From NCBI GenBank assembly GCA_963790475.1, contig CAWBOS010000013.1:192001-256000 (forward strand): a DNA stretch of 64,000 bases, read 5' to 3'. The stretch's first letter is position 1; every line of letters starts with the position of its first letter. This DNA is from an uncultured delta proteobacterium. GTDB taxonomy: Bacteria > Desulfobacterota > RBG-13-43-22. The notes beneath the pieces were generated by a model. It did no database searches. It saw only the letters and a program-made list of their open reading frames with translations, and had not been told where the DNA came from. This document shows, one piece after another, positions 39,326 to 48,882 of the stretch. A program made the position numbers and the translations under genes.

Positions 39326-39468
39326 GAGACCTTTGAAAAATGATCAATTTTGTCCAAGGTCAAGGAAGACTAAAATTTCAACCACAGGAATACATTTTAG
39401 TATTTCGAGGATTAAAATTTGAGTCTGACGCAGAGATTGGGCAAAAGGGGGCCTTTTTCATAGGTCTC
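39326..39468. mobile_element. MITE, 143 bp
   Basis: Terminal inverted repeats GAGACCTTTGAAAAA / TTTTTCATAGGTCTC; no ORF. Confidence 0.8.
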
Positions 39469-39485
39469 TCTTATGGAGTTTGACT

Positions 39486-40232
39486 ATGAAAGTATATATT
39501 GGGACAAGCGGGTTTGGATACAAAGAGTGGAAAGGAATTTTCTATCCGGAAAAGATTTCACCCAGGGAAATGCTCCATTATTATTCGGAACGCCTCAACA
39601 CGGTAGAGATCAACAACACCTTTTATCACCTGCCCACCGAGGGCCTCCTAACCTCCTGGGCGAAACAGGTCCCCGACGGTTTTGTCTTCGCCCTCAAGGC
39701 CCCCCAGATCATCACCCACCTGAAGCGGTTGAGAAATGTTGAGGAGGAGACCGAGTACCTCTTCAGGACTCTGTCCCTTCTGGACAGGAAACTGGGGCCG
39801 GTTCTTTTCCAGTTTCCCAAGAGTTTTCAGGCCGATCGCCCGCTGCTGGAAGCTTTTCTCGATCTGATCCCGCCCAACAGCTCCTGTGCCTTTGATTTCC
39901 GCAGTCCCTCCTGGCAGGGGATTGAAATACTGGACCTCCTTCATCAAAGGAGATGCAGCCTGTGCATCGAGGATACCGATGATAGTCCGATCCAGGAAAT
40001 CACCGGTACGGCATCATGGGGCTATCTGCGCCTGCGCCGTTACGATTATACCGACGGCGAACTGTCACAATGGATGGAAAGAATCTTTTCTCAAAAATGG
40101 GAGAAGGCTTTCGTCTTTTTCAAACACGAAGAAGAGGCCCTGGGGCCCCAAAGGGCCATACGTTTTCAAGAGCTTACCGATTCAAGGGCCAAGAAGTTTA
40201 AAAAAGGAAAGAAGAGCGCCGCAAGAACCTGA
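39486..40232 (+). CDS. DUF72-family protein
   Basis: YIGTSGF, VEINNTFY, LFQFP and YLRLR. Confidence 0.9.
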   Translation: MKVYIGTSGFGYKEWKGIFYPEKISPREMLHYYSERLNTVEINNTFYHLPTEGLLTSWAKQVPDGFVFALKAPQIITHLKRLRNVEEETEYLFRTLSLLDRKLGPVLFQFPKSFQADRPLLEAFLDLIPPNSSCAFDFRSPSWQGIEILDLLHQRRCSLCIEDTDDSPIQEITGTASWGYLRLRRYDYTDGELSQWMERIFSQKWEKAFVFFKHEEEALGPQRAIRFQELTDSRAKKFKKGKKSAART

Positions 40233-40246
40233 AAGGGTAGGCCCCC

Positions 40247-42571
40247 ATGCCCAGGACATCTCAAATAACCCGGGTCGGCAAGCGGAAGATTGAGCTTTCC
40301 AATCTGGAGAAAGTTTTCTACCCCGACGACCATATCCTGAAGGCGGAGCTGATCGAGTATTATCTCAAAGTCGCTCCTACGATCCTTGCCCATGCGAAGG
40401 GACGCCCGCTTTCTCTCGTTCGTTATCCGGACGGCATTGACGGCGAACGATTCTTCCAGAAGAACAGGCCCGAATGGGCACCGGAATGGATAGAGCATGT
40501 CGTCCTGGGGGAATCCGAAAAGGTCGATTATGTGATCGCCAGCGAAGAAGCTTCGCTTGTTTGGCTGGCCAACCTGGCCTGTATAGAGCTTCATCAGATG
40601 CATTGCCGTTCGCCGCACTTCGACAAGCCCGATTACTTCGTGTTTGATCTGGACCCGCCGGAGAACTACCGGTTTGAAAATCTGATTGAAATCGCCCTTG
40701 AACTGAAAGGACACCTGGAGAACTTCGGTTACCGCCCCTTTATCAAAACGACCGGGAGCAAGGGTTTTCACATCCTGGTCCCTATCGAACCGAAGTGGAC
40801 CTTCGATAAAGTCTTTGAGGCCGCGCAGGAGGTGGCCAAACCGTTCGTTGAATCACATCCCCATTCGACCACCTTGAATATCAAAAAGGAGGCCCGTCAA
40901 GGAAGGGTGTTGGTGGACATTTATCGCAACCGGACCTATCAGACCATTGTCTCGGCCTACAGCCTGCGCGGACTTCCGGGGGCCCCCGTTTCGATGCCCC
41001 TGCGATGGGATCAGGTGGCGGGTCTCCGCAGTGCCGCTGACTTTAAACTGCCTGTTGTGTCCGGTCAGATAGTCGGTGAAGGTGACGCCTGGGAGGGGAT
41101 GGCCGCCTATGCCGCCGGCCTGCATACGATGCGGAAAAAGGCGGCAGCCAAAAAGGATCCTCAACCCTCTCCGAAAGACCAGCCTCCCCGGATGCTTAAG
41201 GAATACGCCGGAAAACGAAGCTTTGAGAAAACCCCGGAGCCGCCGCCGGCCATGGCGGCCGGGGAAGGCGAAGACTTTGTCTTGCACCGGCACCACGCCA
41301 CTCGTCTGCATTATGATCTCCGTCTTGAGCAAGGGGGGGTGTTAAAATCCTGGGCTGTCCCCAAGGGACTTCCTCCCCGGCCGGGCATTCTGCGTTTGGC
41401 CATCTCGACCGAAGACCATCCTCTGGAATACAAAAACTTCGAGGGGACCATACCCAAGGGACAATACGGCGGCGGTCAGGTATGGATCTTCGCCCGGGGG
41501 AAATACGAAATCACCAAAGAGAAGAAGGACGGGTTCTATTTTCGGCTCCAGAGCAGTGAGGTGAGCGCCGAGTACCGGATGCATCGCACCAAGGGGAATG
41601 AATGGCTGCTCGAACGCCTGGACCAGCCGCAGGTTGATTGGCTGCGTGATCCCATCGAACCGATGCTGGCCCAATCAGCGGGAAAGCCCCCGGAGGGAGA
41701 AGACTACCTCTACGAAATAAAATGGGACGGTCTGCGGGCCCTGATTGCCCTGGACGAAGGCCAAATCAGCATCCGCAGCCGTAATCAGCAGGACATCACC
41801 GGAAAGTTTCCGGAACTCTTGACCGCCGACCAGGCCTTCAGAGCGGTTTCGGCCCTATTCGACGCGGAGATCGTCTGTCTGGATGACGGGGGGAAGCCCG
41901 TGTTCAAGAATGTTGTACACAGGATGCAGCAAAGTGGCGAAGGGGCCATCCAACGGGCCCGGGCCAAATATCCGGCCGTGTGCTACGTCTTCGATTGCCT
42001 CTATCTCGACGGCCGCCCGATTGTCAATGAGCCGTTAATCCGCCGTCGGGACTGGATGAAGGACGCCATTAAGCAGGAGTCGCCCTATCGGGTCAGTGAG
42101 GTAGTTACCGAAGGGGCCGAGCTGTTCAAGGCCGTGGTGAAAATGGGGCTTGAGGGTATTATGGCCAAAGTAAAAGACAGTCGCTACCGGGCCGGGACAC
42201 GCAGCGGACAGTGGTTGAAAATAAAAAAACGGCAAGCCATGGAGTGTGTGATCATCGGCTATACCGAAGGGAAAGGGGATCGCCGGGGCTTGTTCGGTGC
42301 CTTGCAGTTGGCCCGGCGCGAAGGCAACCTCCTCCGATATGTGGGAAAAGTGGGAACGGGATTTGATGCCAAGTCGATGAAAGAGACCTTCACCTATTTA
42401 GAGAAATTCAAACAGGTAAAGAGACCGATCCAGGAAAAGCCGCTGGACGACAAACAAACCGTCTGGATCGAACCCAAGGCGATTTGCGAAGTGCAGTTCG
42501 CTTCGCTGACCAAAGATGGGATGCTCCGCGAACCGGTGTTTCTCCGGCTCCGCCCGGATTTGGTTGAATGA
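40247..42571 (+). CDS. ligD: NHEJ DNA ligase D (polymerase-phosphoesterase-ligase)
   Basis: RYPDG, FDLDP, KTTGSKG.H; HHATRLHYDLRLE, SWAVPKG; EIKWDGLR, EGIMAK and LREPVF. Confidence 0.95.
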   Translation: MPRTSQITRVGKRKIELSNLEKVFYPDDHILKAELIEYYLKVAPTILAHAKGRPLSLVRYPDGIDGERFFQKNRPEWAPEWIEHVVLGESEKVDYVIASEEASLVWLANLACIELHQMHCRSPHFDKPDYFVFDLDPPENYRFENLIEIALELKGHLENFGYRPFIKTTGSKGFHILVPIEPKWTFDKVFEAAQEVAKPFVESHPHSTTLNIKKEARQGRVLVDIYRNRTYQTIVSAYSLRGLPGAPVSMPLRWDQVAGLRSAADFKLPVVSGQIVGEGDAWEGMAAYAAGLHTMRKKAAAKKDPQPSPKDQPPRMLKEYAGKRSFEKTPEPPPAMAAGEGEDFVLHRHHATRLHYDLRLEQGGVLKSWAVPKGLPPRPGILRLAISTEDHPLEYKNFEGTIPKGQYGGGQVWIFARGKYEITKEKKDGFYFRLQSSEVSAEYRMHRTKGNEWLLERLDQPQVDWLRDPIEPMLAQSAGKPPEGEDYLYEIKWDGLRALIALDEGQISIRSRNQQDITGKFPELLTADQAFRAVSALFDAEIVCLDDGGKPVFKNVVHRMQQSGEGAIQRARAKYPAVCYVFDCLYLDGRPIVNEPLIRRRDWMKDAIKQESPYRVSEVVTEGAELFKAVVKMGLEGIMAKVKDSRYRAGTRSGQWLKIKKRQAMECVIIGYTEGKGDRRGLFGALQLARREGNLLRYVGKVGTGFDAKSMKETFTYLEKFKQVKRPIQEKPLDDKQTVWIEPKAICEVQFASLTKDGMLREPVFLRLRPDLVE

Positions 42572-42623
42572 TCGGATCACTTTGGATCGGGAGGGACCAC
42601 GGGGATTATTAAAGGACTCAATT

Positions 42624-42756
42624 GATGAATTCGCAAAAAGTCTCCCAGGCCGTCACCCCGGCGAAAGCCGGGGTCCAGAACAATTTGAAAAGACTGGATT
42701 CCGGTTTTCACCGGAATGACGAAATTCGGATTCCGGGGACTTTTTACGAGACCATC
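42624..42756. mobile_element. MITE-like element carrying an internal palindromic repeat
   Basis: Ends GATGAATTCGCAAAAAGTC / GACTTTTTACGAGACCATC; internal CGTCACCCCGGCGAAAGCCGGGGTCCAG...CTGGATTCCGG...CCGGAATGACG. Confidence 0.75.
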
Positions 42757-42829
42757 TTATAAGACTATTAATAAAGGTCGTTTCATCTGTCTCAGAAAAG
42801 CAAGCATTTCTCGGTTAAGGAGGTAAAAC

Positions 42830-43675
42830 ATGAGATCCATTTGGAAAGGTCACATTCGTTTCTCGCTGGTGACGATCCCGATTCAGGTGTACAACGCCGT
42901 GGATACGGCACAGACCATCAGCTTTCATCTTCTTCACAAGGACGACCACGGGACTATAGCCTACGACAAGCGATGTAAGAAGTGCAATAAGATCGTATCC
43001 AACGAGGAGATTGTCAAAGGTTATCAATATGAGCCCGAAGGGTACGTGATTGTCGAGAAAGAAGACTTCGAGAAAGTAAATCTCAAAAGCACCAAGATAA
43101 TCGAGATCCAGGGGTTCATTAATGCCGGAGAAGTGCACCCCACCTTGTATGAGACCCCCTATTATGCGGGCCCTGACGGGCCGGTCGCGGTGCAGGCCTA
43201 CTCCCTTTTATCCGCCGCCCTGAGGGAGACCGGAAAAGTGGGAATCGGCAAAGTGGTCTTGCATGATCGTGAAGACGTGGTGATGATTGCCCCTTATGAG
43301 AAGGCCATCGTGCTTTACAGACTCAGGTCACCCAAGGAACTCAGAAACATTAATGAGATCCCCCAGCTTGATGGAAAGTCTATCGACCAGGAGGGGCTTA
43401 AGCTGGCCCGCAGCCTGGTCGATTCCATGGCCACCACGCTGGATAAGATTGATCTGACCGATAAATATCATGACGCGCTTAGGGCGATCATTGAGGCCAA
43501 GATTGCCGGAAAAGAGATCGTTACCGTGGAAGAGGAAGAGAAGCCGGTAATGGACATCATGACCGCTCTGAAGCGGAGTATCGAGCAGGCCAAATCGCAG
43601 AAGAAGCCGATGGAAAAGGCCAAGGGGAAGAAAAAAACCGTTGTCTCCAAGGCGGCTAAAGTTAGGTCGACCTAA
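42830..43675 (+). CDS. ku: NHEJ Ku protein
   Basis: RSIWKGHIRFSLVTIP, IVKGYQY and DIMTALKRS; basic tail. Confidence 0.95.
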   Translation: MRSIWKGHIRFSLVTIPIQVYNAVDTAQTISFHLLHKDDHGTIAYDKRCKKCNKIVSNEEIVKGYQYEPEGYVIVEKEDFEKVNLKSTKIIEIQGFINAGEVHPTLYETPYYAGPDGPVAVQAYSLLSAALRETGKVGIGKVVLHDREDVVMIAPYEKAIVLYRLRSPKELRNINEIPQLDGKSIDQEGLKLARSLVDSMATTLDKIDLTDKYHDALRAIIEAKIAGKEIVTVEEEEKPVMDIMTALKRSIEQAKSQKKPMEKAKGKKKTVVSKAAKVRST

Positions 43676-43732
43676 ACCCTCATGCCCTCGTGCCCCGGCA
43701 TCGACGAATCATGAAAATTGGGCTTAATTTTA

Positions 43733-43791
43733 TGTGGGACAGGCGCCCTCGCCTGTCATTTATAATCACAGCCGGGGGCGGCTGTGCTACA
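43733..43791. repeat. Inverted REP doublet (REPIN-like)
   Basis: GTGGGACAGGCGCCCTCGCCTGTC facing (minus strand) GTAGCACAGCCGCCCCCGGCTGTG. Confidence 0.7.
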
Positions 43792-43933
43792 ACTTCAAAG
43801 CCTAAAAATTTATTTTCAAACTAAACCGCCATGACCCGCCTTTTGGGGCGTGGCACCACGAATCATGAAAATAGACAGGATTAACGAGATACCAAGAAAC
43901 CTATTTCCCTATTAAAGATGAGACCCTGATCTC

Positions 43934-44515
43934 ATGAATAACATTTTAAAGTTCCCTGCAAAACGACCCTCAAAGTTCGGTTTCGAACGGGTTAAGAAAC
44001 TCAAAAAAGACCAATCCTCTCCCGGCCCGGGACGGATTCTGCAACTTCCAACCCATCTCAGCCCTTTTGAGGAAGCTTTGTTATTAGATGAGCGTGAGGA
44101 CCGTCAAGCCGAGGATTCATACCGGAGAGCAATCTCGGAAGGCGACTGCATAGCGGATGCCTATTGCAACCTGGGCATCATCGAATCCAAAGCCGGGAGA
44201 ATGGCCAAGGCCTTCGACTGTTTTACAAAATCACTGGAGCACGACCCGAGGCATTTCGAATCGCATTATAATCTGGGGAACCTTTATTTTGAAGAAGATA
44301 ACCTGCGTCTGGCGAGGATGCACTATGAGCTGGCCACTGAAATCAACCCCGCCTCCCCGAACTTGTATTTTAATCTGGGCCTCGTCTTCGCCCTTCTGGA
44401 TGAAAAAAAAACCGCCGTCGACACTTTCCTCAACTATCAACGCTTGGCCCCTCCGGAAGAACGAAAAAATGCCGATGATTTGATTGCCGGGCTTAAGAGA
44501 TCATTGAATCCTTGA
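43934..44515 (+). CDS. TPR protein in the NHEJ cluster
   Basis: AYCNLG, SHYNLG and YFNLG repeats. Confidence 0.85.
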   Translation: MNNILKFPAKRPSKFGFERVKKLKKDQSSPGPGRILQLPTHLSPFEEALLLDEREDRQAEDSYRRAISEGDCIADAYCNLGIIESKAGRMAKAFDCFTKSLEHDPRHFESHYNLGNLYFEEDNLRLARMHYELATEINPASPNLYFNLGLVFALLDEKKTAVDTFLNYQRLAPPEERKNADDLIAGLKRSLNP

Positions 44516-44630
44516 ACCCTTGGCCCTTTTCTCCCTGGAAGAAGAACCATATTTTATTTTCTGATTAAGCCCTCAGGCCCGTACAGGGCGCCACGAAGGA
44601 TGAAAGTATCGCTTAAACAAGAAGTTAGGT

Positions 44631-44709
44631 CGTCATTCCGGCGGAAGCCGGAATCCAGACTAATGCAAGCAATTAAATTCCTGGATGCCGGATCGAGTCC
44701 GGCATGACG
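44631..44709. repeat. Palindromic repeat of the same family as the core of 42624-42756
   Basis: CGTCATTCCGGCGGAAGCCGGAATCCAG...CTGGATGCCGGATCGAGTCCGGCATGACG. Confidence 0.8.
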
Positions 44710-44743
44710 AAGAACAGACCACCCTGGAGAGTTTAATCAAAGG

Positions 44744-45586
44744 CTATTTTCGGCTAAAATGCATATACCAGGGATAGCGGGTAAATTCCCGGAAACCGAG
44801 GCGAAGGTAAATCGGCTCCCCGAACCGACTGGCCTGGAGAATAACCAGGGAAGCCCCCCTGCGAAAGGCCTCATTGGTGACCATGACTGTACAAGCCTCG
44901 CCCAGTCCTCTTTTTCGGGCCGACTCAACAGTACCCACCCAGTAAATGCCGGCAATGGAGTGAGAAAAAATTATCATGGCCGCTGAAACAGGCTTTTCAT
45001 CAAGATAGGCGACAACCAGATGGTTGTGGGGCCGCAGGATCCTCTCCGGTGTTTCAAAAATTATTTTCCCTGTGTCTTGGGGCATTCCCAGACTTTGATA
45101 GCTGTCAATGACCACCGTAGCAAAATCAACCGCCCCGGATTGGTTTTCTATCGGCCCGACGGTAATCTCAGCCGGCAGGTTCTTCATTCGGATTGGTGCT
45201 TGGATTGCCATTCCCGGAGATTCAGAAATTTGGGCCATTTTTTCCGACCGACAGCGATCTTCAAGATCGGAATCGAGATGCCGGCGTATGTGCACACTGC
45301 AGCCGAAATTCCTGTTGCCGAAATACCCCTTGATCCTGTTCATCACTTCCTCGGCCGGAGGATAGGGCCGGTCTCCAACCCGAATAACCGAATTAGTTAT
45401 CGGAGTTGAGTCCCCCCCGGAGACCAACAAAAGATCATCTTGCTCGATGATCTCGCTGGTAACTCTCCAGCGTGCGATTTCCCGCAGGGATTCCGCTAAG
45501 TTTAAATCAGCCAGATAGATCAGATCGCTATCGTTCACCTTGGCTCCTAAATAAAATACGAAACTATCGTAGTATTTTCCTGACAA
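44744..45586 (-). CDS. GNAT-family acetyltransferase
   Basis: AGIYWVGT..SARKRGLG and LQAS..GEPIY.RLGF; start uncertain. Confidence 0.85.
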   Translation of the reverse strand: MSGKYYDSFVFYLGAKVNDSDLIYLADLNLAESLREIARWRVTSEIIEQDDLLLVSGGDSTPITNSVIRVGDRPYPPAEEVMNRIKGYFGNRNFGCSVHIRRHLDSDLEDRCRSEKMAQISESPGMAIQAPIRMKNLPAEITVGPIENQSGAVDFATVVIDSYQSLGMPQDTGKIIFETPERILRPHNHLVVAYLDEKPVSAAMIIFSHSIAGIYWVGTVESARKRGLGEACTVMVTNEAFRRGASLVILQASRFGEPIYLRLGFREFTRYPWYMHFSRK

Positions 45587-45860
45587 TCACCGCGGCCATT
45601 TCTTCCTCGGGCACCATTTCCAGGTCAATCATCGGCCCGGAGATCAGGACCCATTCCTTGGCCAGGCCCTTTACTTCCGGCCTGTTGGCACAGGCCACCG
45701 GACATCCGCAAACCAGAAGGGCCATCTCCCAGGGATCGGCCTGCCGCTTCGTTACCAGCTTCCACCCCGGCGGCAGCAATCTTACAATCTCCTGAACCAG
45801 GGCTGCTCGATCGATAAGGGGATTACACCCCCCGCAATATTTAAGACCGATCAAGCCCAT
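45564..45860 (-). CDS. Small Cys-motif hypothetical protein
   Basis: KYCGGCNP and VCGCPVACA. Confidence 0.75.
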   Translation of the reverse strand: MGLIGLKYCGGCNPLIDRAALVQEIVRLLPPGWKLVTKRQADPWEMALLVCGCPVACANRPEVKGLAKEWVLISGPMIDLEMVPEEEMAAVIVRKILR

Positions 45861-45869
45861 ACAGAAGGA

Positions 45870-47321
45870 TCAGTTCTTAACCCCGGCTATCTTTTTGGCC
45901 AGCTTTTTCTTGTATTCCAGGTTACCCTGACGGGCGATCATAACCCGCTGGGCTTGCGGCGACCCGGCCCCGTGCATGGATTCGGTCCGGTAGCCCACCG
46001 CCGCCGTTCCCAGAGTGAGGTTCTCCACCAGCCTTAAGATGCGGCAGCGCTCCTCGGTCGAAATCGAGGCCACCCCCTTAAAATATTTTTCCACCACCTT
46101 GCCGATTTCCGGATTACACAGGTCCTTCTCCGAGGCCAGGGTGACCATAAGGCCGCCGGTGATATCCTCGGCCAGGCGGGCGATCTCGTAAGGGAAACGG
46201 GTGACATTTTGTTTGCAGACGTTGGCCAGCAGCAGGTTGATCAAATAGGTGCCGGAGGCAGTCGGGTGCCCTTCCGCCGAACAGGCGATGCCGCAGGCGT
46301 ACAGGGTCTCATTCAGATGCATCATCTCAATCAGTTTGTCTTTGATATGAGAGGCCTTGGCCACCCCGTTGAAATCGGCGGCCACAGCCGCCGCTCCGAT
46401 GAGCACATCCCCCACACCGGCCTTGCACCCGCCGTAGCTCTGACGATGATATCCGGCGAACCGTTCCACTAAAAGACCGCTGTATTCGTATTCGCCGCAC
46501 ATCAAAACCTGTTCCCAGGGGACGAAAAGATCGTCGAATACCATAAGGGCTTCATGACCGCCGAAGCGGGGGTTGCCCACATCGATTTCACTGCCCTCCA
46601 GTTTGCGCGTGTCGCAGGACTGGCGGCCATAGATGTAGGTAATGCCTTTGGCATCCGCCGGGGCCACGAAGGAAACGGCATAGTCGGCATCCTCTTTTCT
46701 CATGGCTACGGTCGGCATAACCAATATCCAATGGGAATTGACGGCACCGGTCTGGTGGGCTTTGGCCCCACGGACCACGATGCCCTGGTCGTTTTTCTCG
46801 ACGATATGCACATAAAGGTCCGGGTCGGCCTGCTGGCTGGGCAACAGGCCACGATCCCCCTTGGGATCGGTCATGGCCCCGTCCACGGTCAGATCCTCTT
46901 CCTGCATCATCCGCAAGAACTTGATAAAACGTTCATGATAGGAGGTGCCCAGTTTCTGATCCATTTCAAAGGTAACGCTGTCAGCGGCGTTGATGGCGTC
47001 CATTCCGACACAGCGCTGAAAGCAGGAACCGGTCTGCTGTCCCAGCAAACGCTGCATCTTCACTTTCTTGACCAGGTCTTCGCTGCTCTGGTGCAGGTGG
47101 CAGAAGCGGTTGATTTTCTCCCCCGTCAAATGGGAGGTTGCGGTCATCAGGTCCTCGTGCTGCGGGTCCTGGGCCAGGGCATAGGTCATCTTCACCGAAT
47201 TCATCGAGGGCCGGATTATAGGGTGATCCACCGGATTTTTCACCTGCTCTCCCATCAGGTAAATTTTGAAATTGAGCTTTCGCAAACTGGCTTCATATTC
47301 TTCAGGTGTTTTCAGGGCCAT
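45870..47321 (-). CDS. abfD: 4-hydroxybutyryl-CoA dehydratase
   Basis: CFQRC and HRQSYGGCK Fe-S ligands; TDPKGDR; TESMHGAGS; RBS AAGGAG. Confidence 0.9.
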   Translation of the reverse strand: MALKTPEEYEASLRKLNFKIYLMGEQVKNPVDHPIIRPSMNSVKMTYALAQDPQHEDLMTATSHLTGEKINRFCHLHQSSEDLVKKVKMQRLLGQQTGSCFQRCVGMDAINAADSVTFEMDQKLGTSYHERFIKFLRMMQEEDLTVDGAMTDPKGDRGLLPSQQADPDLYVHIVEKNDQGIVVRGAKAHQTGAVNSHWILVMPTVAMRKEDADYAVSFVAPADAKGITYIYGRQSCDTRKLEGSEIDVGNPRFGGHEALMVFDDLFVPWEQVLMCGEYEYSGLLVERFAGYHRQSYGGCKAGVGDVLIGAAAVAADFNGVAKASHIKDKLIEMMHLNETLYACGIACSAEGHPTASGTYLINLLLANVCKQNVTRFPYEIARLAEDITGGLMVTLASEKDLCNPEIGKVVEKYFKGVASISTEERCRILRLVENLTLGTAAVGYRTESMHGAGSPQAQRVMIARQGNLEYKKKLAKKIAGVKN

Positions 47322-47394
47322 TTTTATCTCCTTAAAAGGATTCTCTATTTCCGAATGACGCAGCCCCCCCGAAAGGAGCATCCGTATCAAGAAA

Positions 47395-47484
47395 AGGGCT
47401 ATAGGCTATGGGCCATGGGCTATGGGCGGGATGGTTTCTCTGATCCTGGTTGGCCTATTGCCTCGTGCCTATCGCCCATAGCCT
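47395..47484. repeat. Heptamer-repeat inverted array
   Basis: (GGCTATG)n-like arm facing a (CCTATCG/CCCATAG)n arm. Confidence 0.7.
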
Positions 47485-47488
47485 GTTA

Positions 47489-48670
47489 TTAAATCGATTC
47501 GATAATAAAGGCATGGGCCGGACCGCCGCTGGCACAAAGGGCGGCACACCCATATCTAACCCCGCGCCGCTTCATTTCGTTGCTCATGGTTAGAATCAGT
47601 CTGGCCCCGGTGGCGCCGACCGGATGTCCCAAGGCGATCCCCGAACCCAGGGCATTCAAGCGGTCCAGGGGGACCTTTAATTCCCGGTTGACCCCTAAAA
47701 CCTGGGCGGCGAAGGCCTCATTGAATTCGAAATAATCGATATCGTCCTGTTTGAGACCGGCGAATCGCAGAGCATTCCGAACCGCCGGAACGACGCCCAT
47801 GCCCATAATCCTGGGCTCCACCGATCCGGGGGCCGAAGCGACAACCCTGGCTAAAGGTTTAAGCCCCATTTTTTTGGCCGTGTCCGCATCCATCATAATC
47901 AGGGCTGAACCTCCGTCATTGAGACCGGAGGCATTGCCGGCCGTTACCGTTCCGTCTTTCTTGAAGGCCGGTCTTAATTTGGCCAAGGCCTCCAGGCTGG
48001 TATCGGGCAAGGGATGCTCATCGGTATCAAAAACTACTGTTCCCTTTCTGGTCTTGACCTCGACGGGTACGATTTCATCCTTAAACCAGCCCTCCTTTAT
48101 GGCCCAGCAGGCCCGCTGGTGGCTCATCAAAGCGAATTCATCCTGCTCTTCCCGGTTGATGCCATATTGCTCGGCAATATTGTCGGCGGTGATGCCCATA
48201 TGATAACCGACGAAGTCACAGATGAGACCGCCTTTCATCAGACTGTCGGTGACGGATTCGGCATTGCCTAAACGGTACCCTTTCCGGGCGCCAAAAAGAA
48301 GATAGGGGGCATTGGTCATACTTTCAACACCGACGGCAGCCCCGACGTCGATTTTCCCCAGCATGATTTCCTGGGACAAAAGCTCGGCCGCCCGCATAGA
48401 AGAAGCGCATTGCTGGTGGACGGTGAAGGCTGCCGACTCAACAGAACAACCCGATTTCAGGGCGACATATCTGCTGGTGTTTCCAGGCGATCCGGCCTGA
48501 TTGCATTGACCGCCGATCACCTCCTGAATCAATTCCGCACCGATACCCGCCTTTTCTAAGGCGCCTTTCAAGGCAATGACCCCTAAATCGACGGCACTGA
48601 AACTTTCCAAGGAACCCTGGTAATTCCCTATGGCGGTTCTTGCCCCGCTGACGATAACCACTTCTCTCAT
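47489..48670 (-). CDS. Thiolase (acetyl-CoA C-acyltransferase)
   Basis: QCASS, VTAGNASGLNDG, NEAFA and GHPVGATG. Confidence 0.93.
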   Translation of the reverse strand: MREVVIVSGARTAIGNYQGSLESFSAVDLGVIALKGALEKAGIGAELIQEVIGGQCNQAGSPGNTSRYVALKSGCSVESAAFTVHQQCASSMRAAELLSQEIMLGKIDVGAAVGVESMTNAPYLLFGARKGYRLGNAESVTDSLMKGGLICDFVGYHMGITADNIAEQYGINREEQDEFALMSHQRACWAIKEGWFKDEIVPVEVKTRKGTVVFDTDEHPLPDTSLEALAKLRPAFKKDGTVTAGNASGLNDGGSALIMMDADTAKKMGLKPLARVVASAPGSVEPRIMGMGVVPAVRNALRFAGLKQDDIDYFEFNEAFAAQVLGVNRELKVPLDRLNALGSGIALGHPVGATGARLILTMSNEMKRRGVRYGCAALCASGGPAHAFIIESI

Positions 48671-48751
48671 ATTCGTTCCCTTCTAAAATTATTCTTTTGC
48701 ATTCAGATTTATAGGCGCTGTTCTCAAAGGATTTACTCTAACATAACCACT

Positions 48752-48821
48752 GTAGCGGGTTGCGGGTTGCGGGTTTTGAACTCGCAACTCCCTGCCCACC
48801 CGCAGGCCCGTAACTCGCAAC
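48752..48821. repeat. Heptamer-repeat inverted array
   Basis: (GCGGGTT)3 facing (AACTCGC/ACCCGC)n. Confidence 0.7.
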
Positions 48822-48882
48822 AGAAAAATTTCAATCATCTTTGTAAACCTTTAAAAACATTATCCCCTGAAAAAATGATTTA

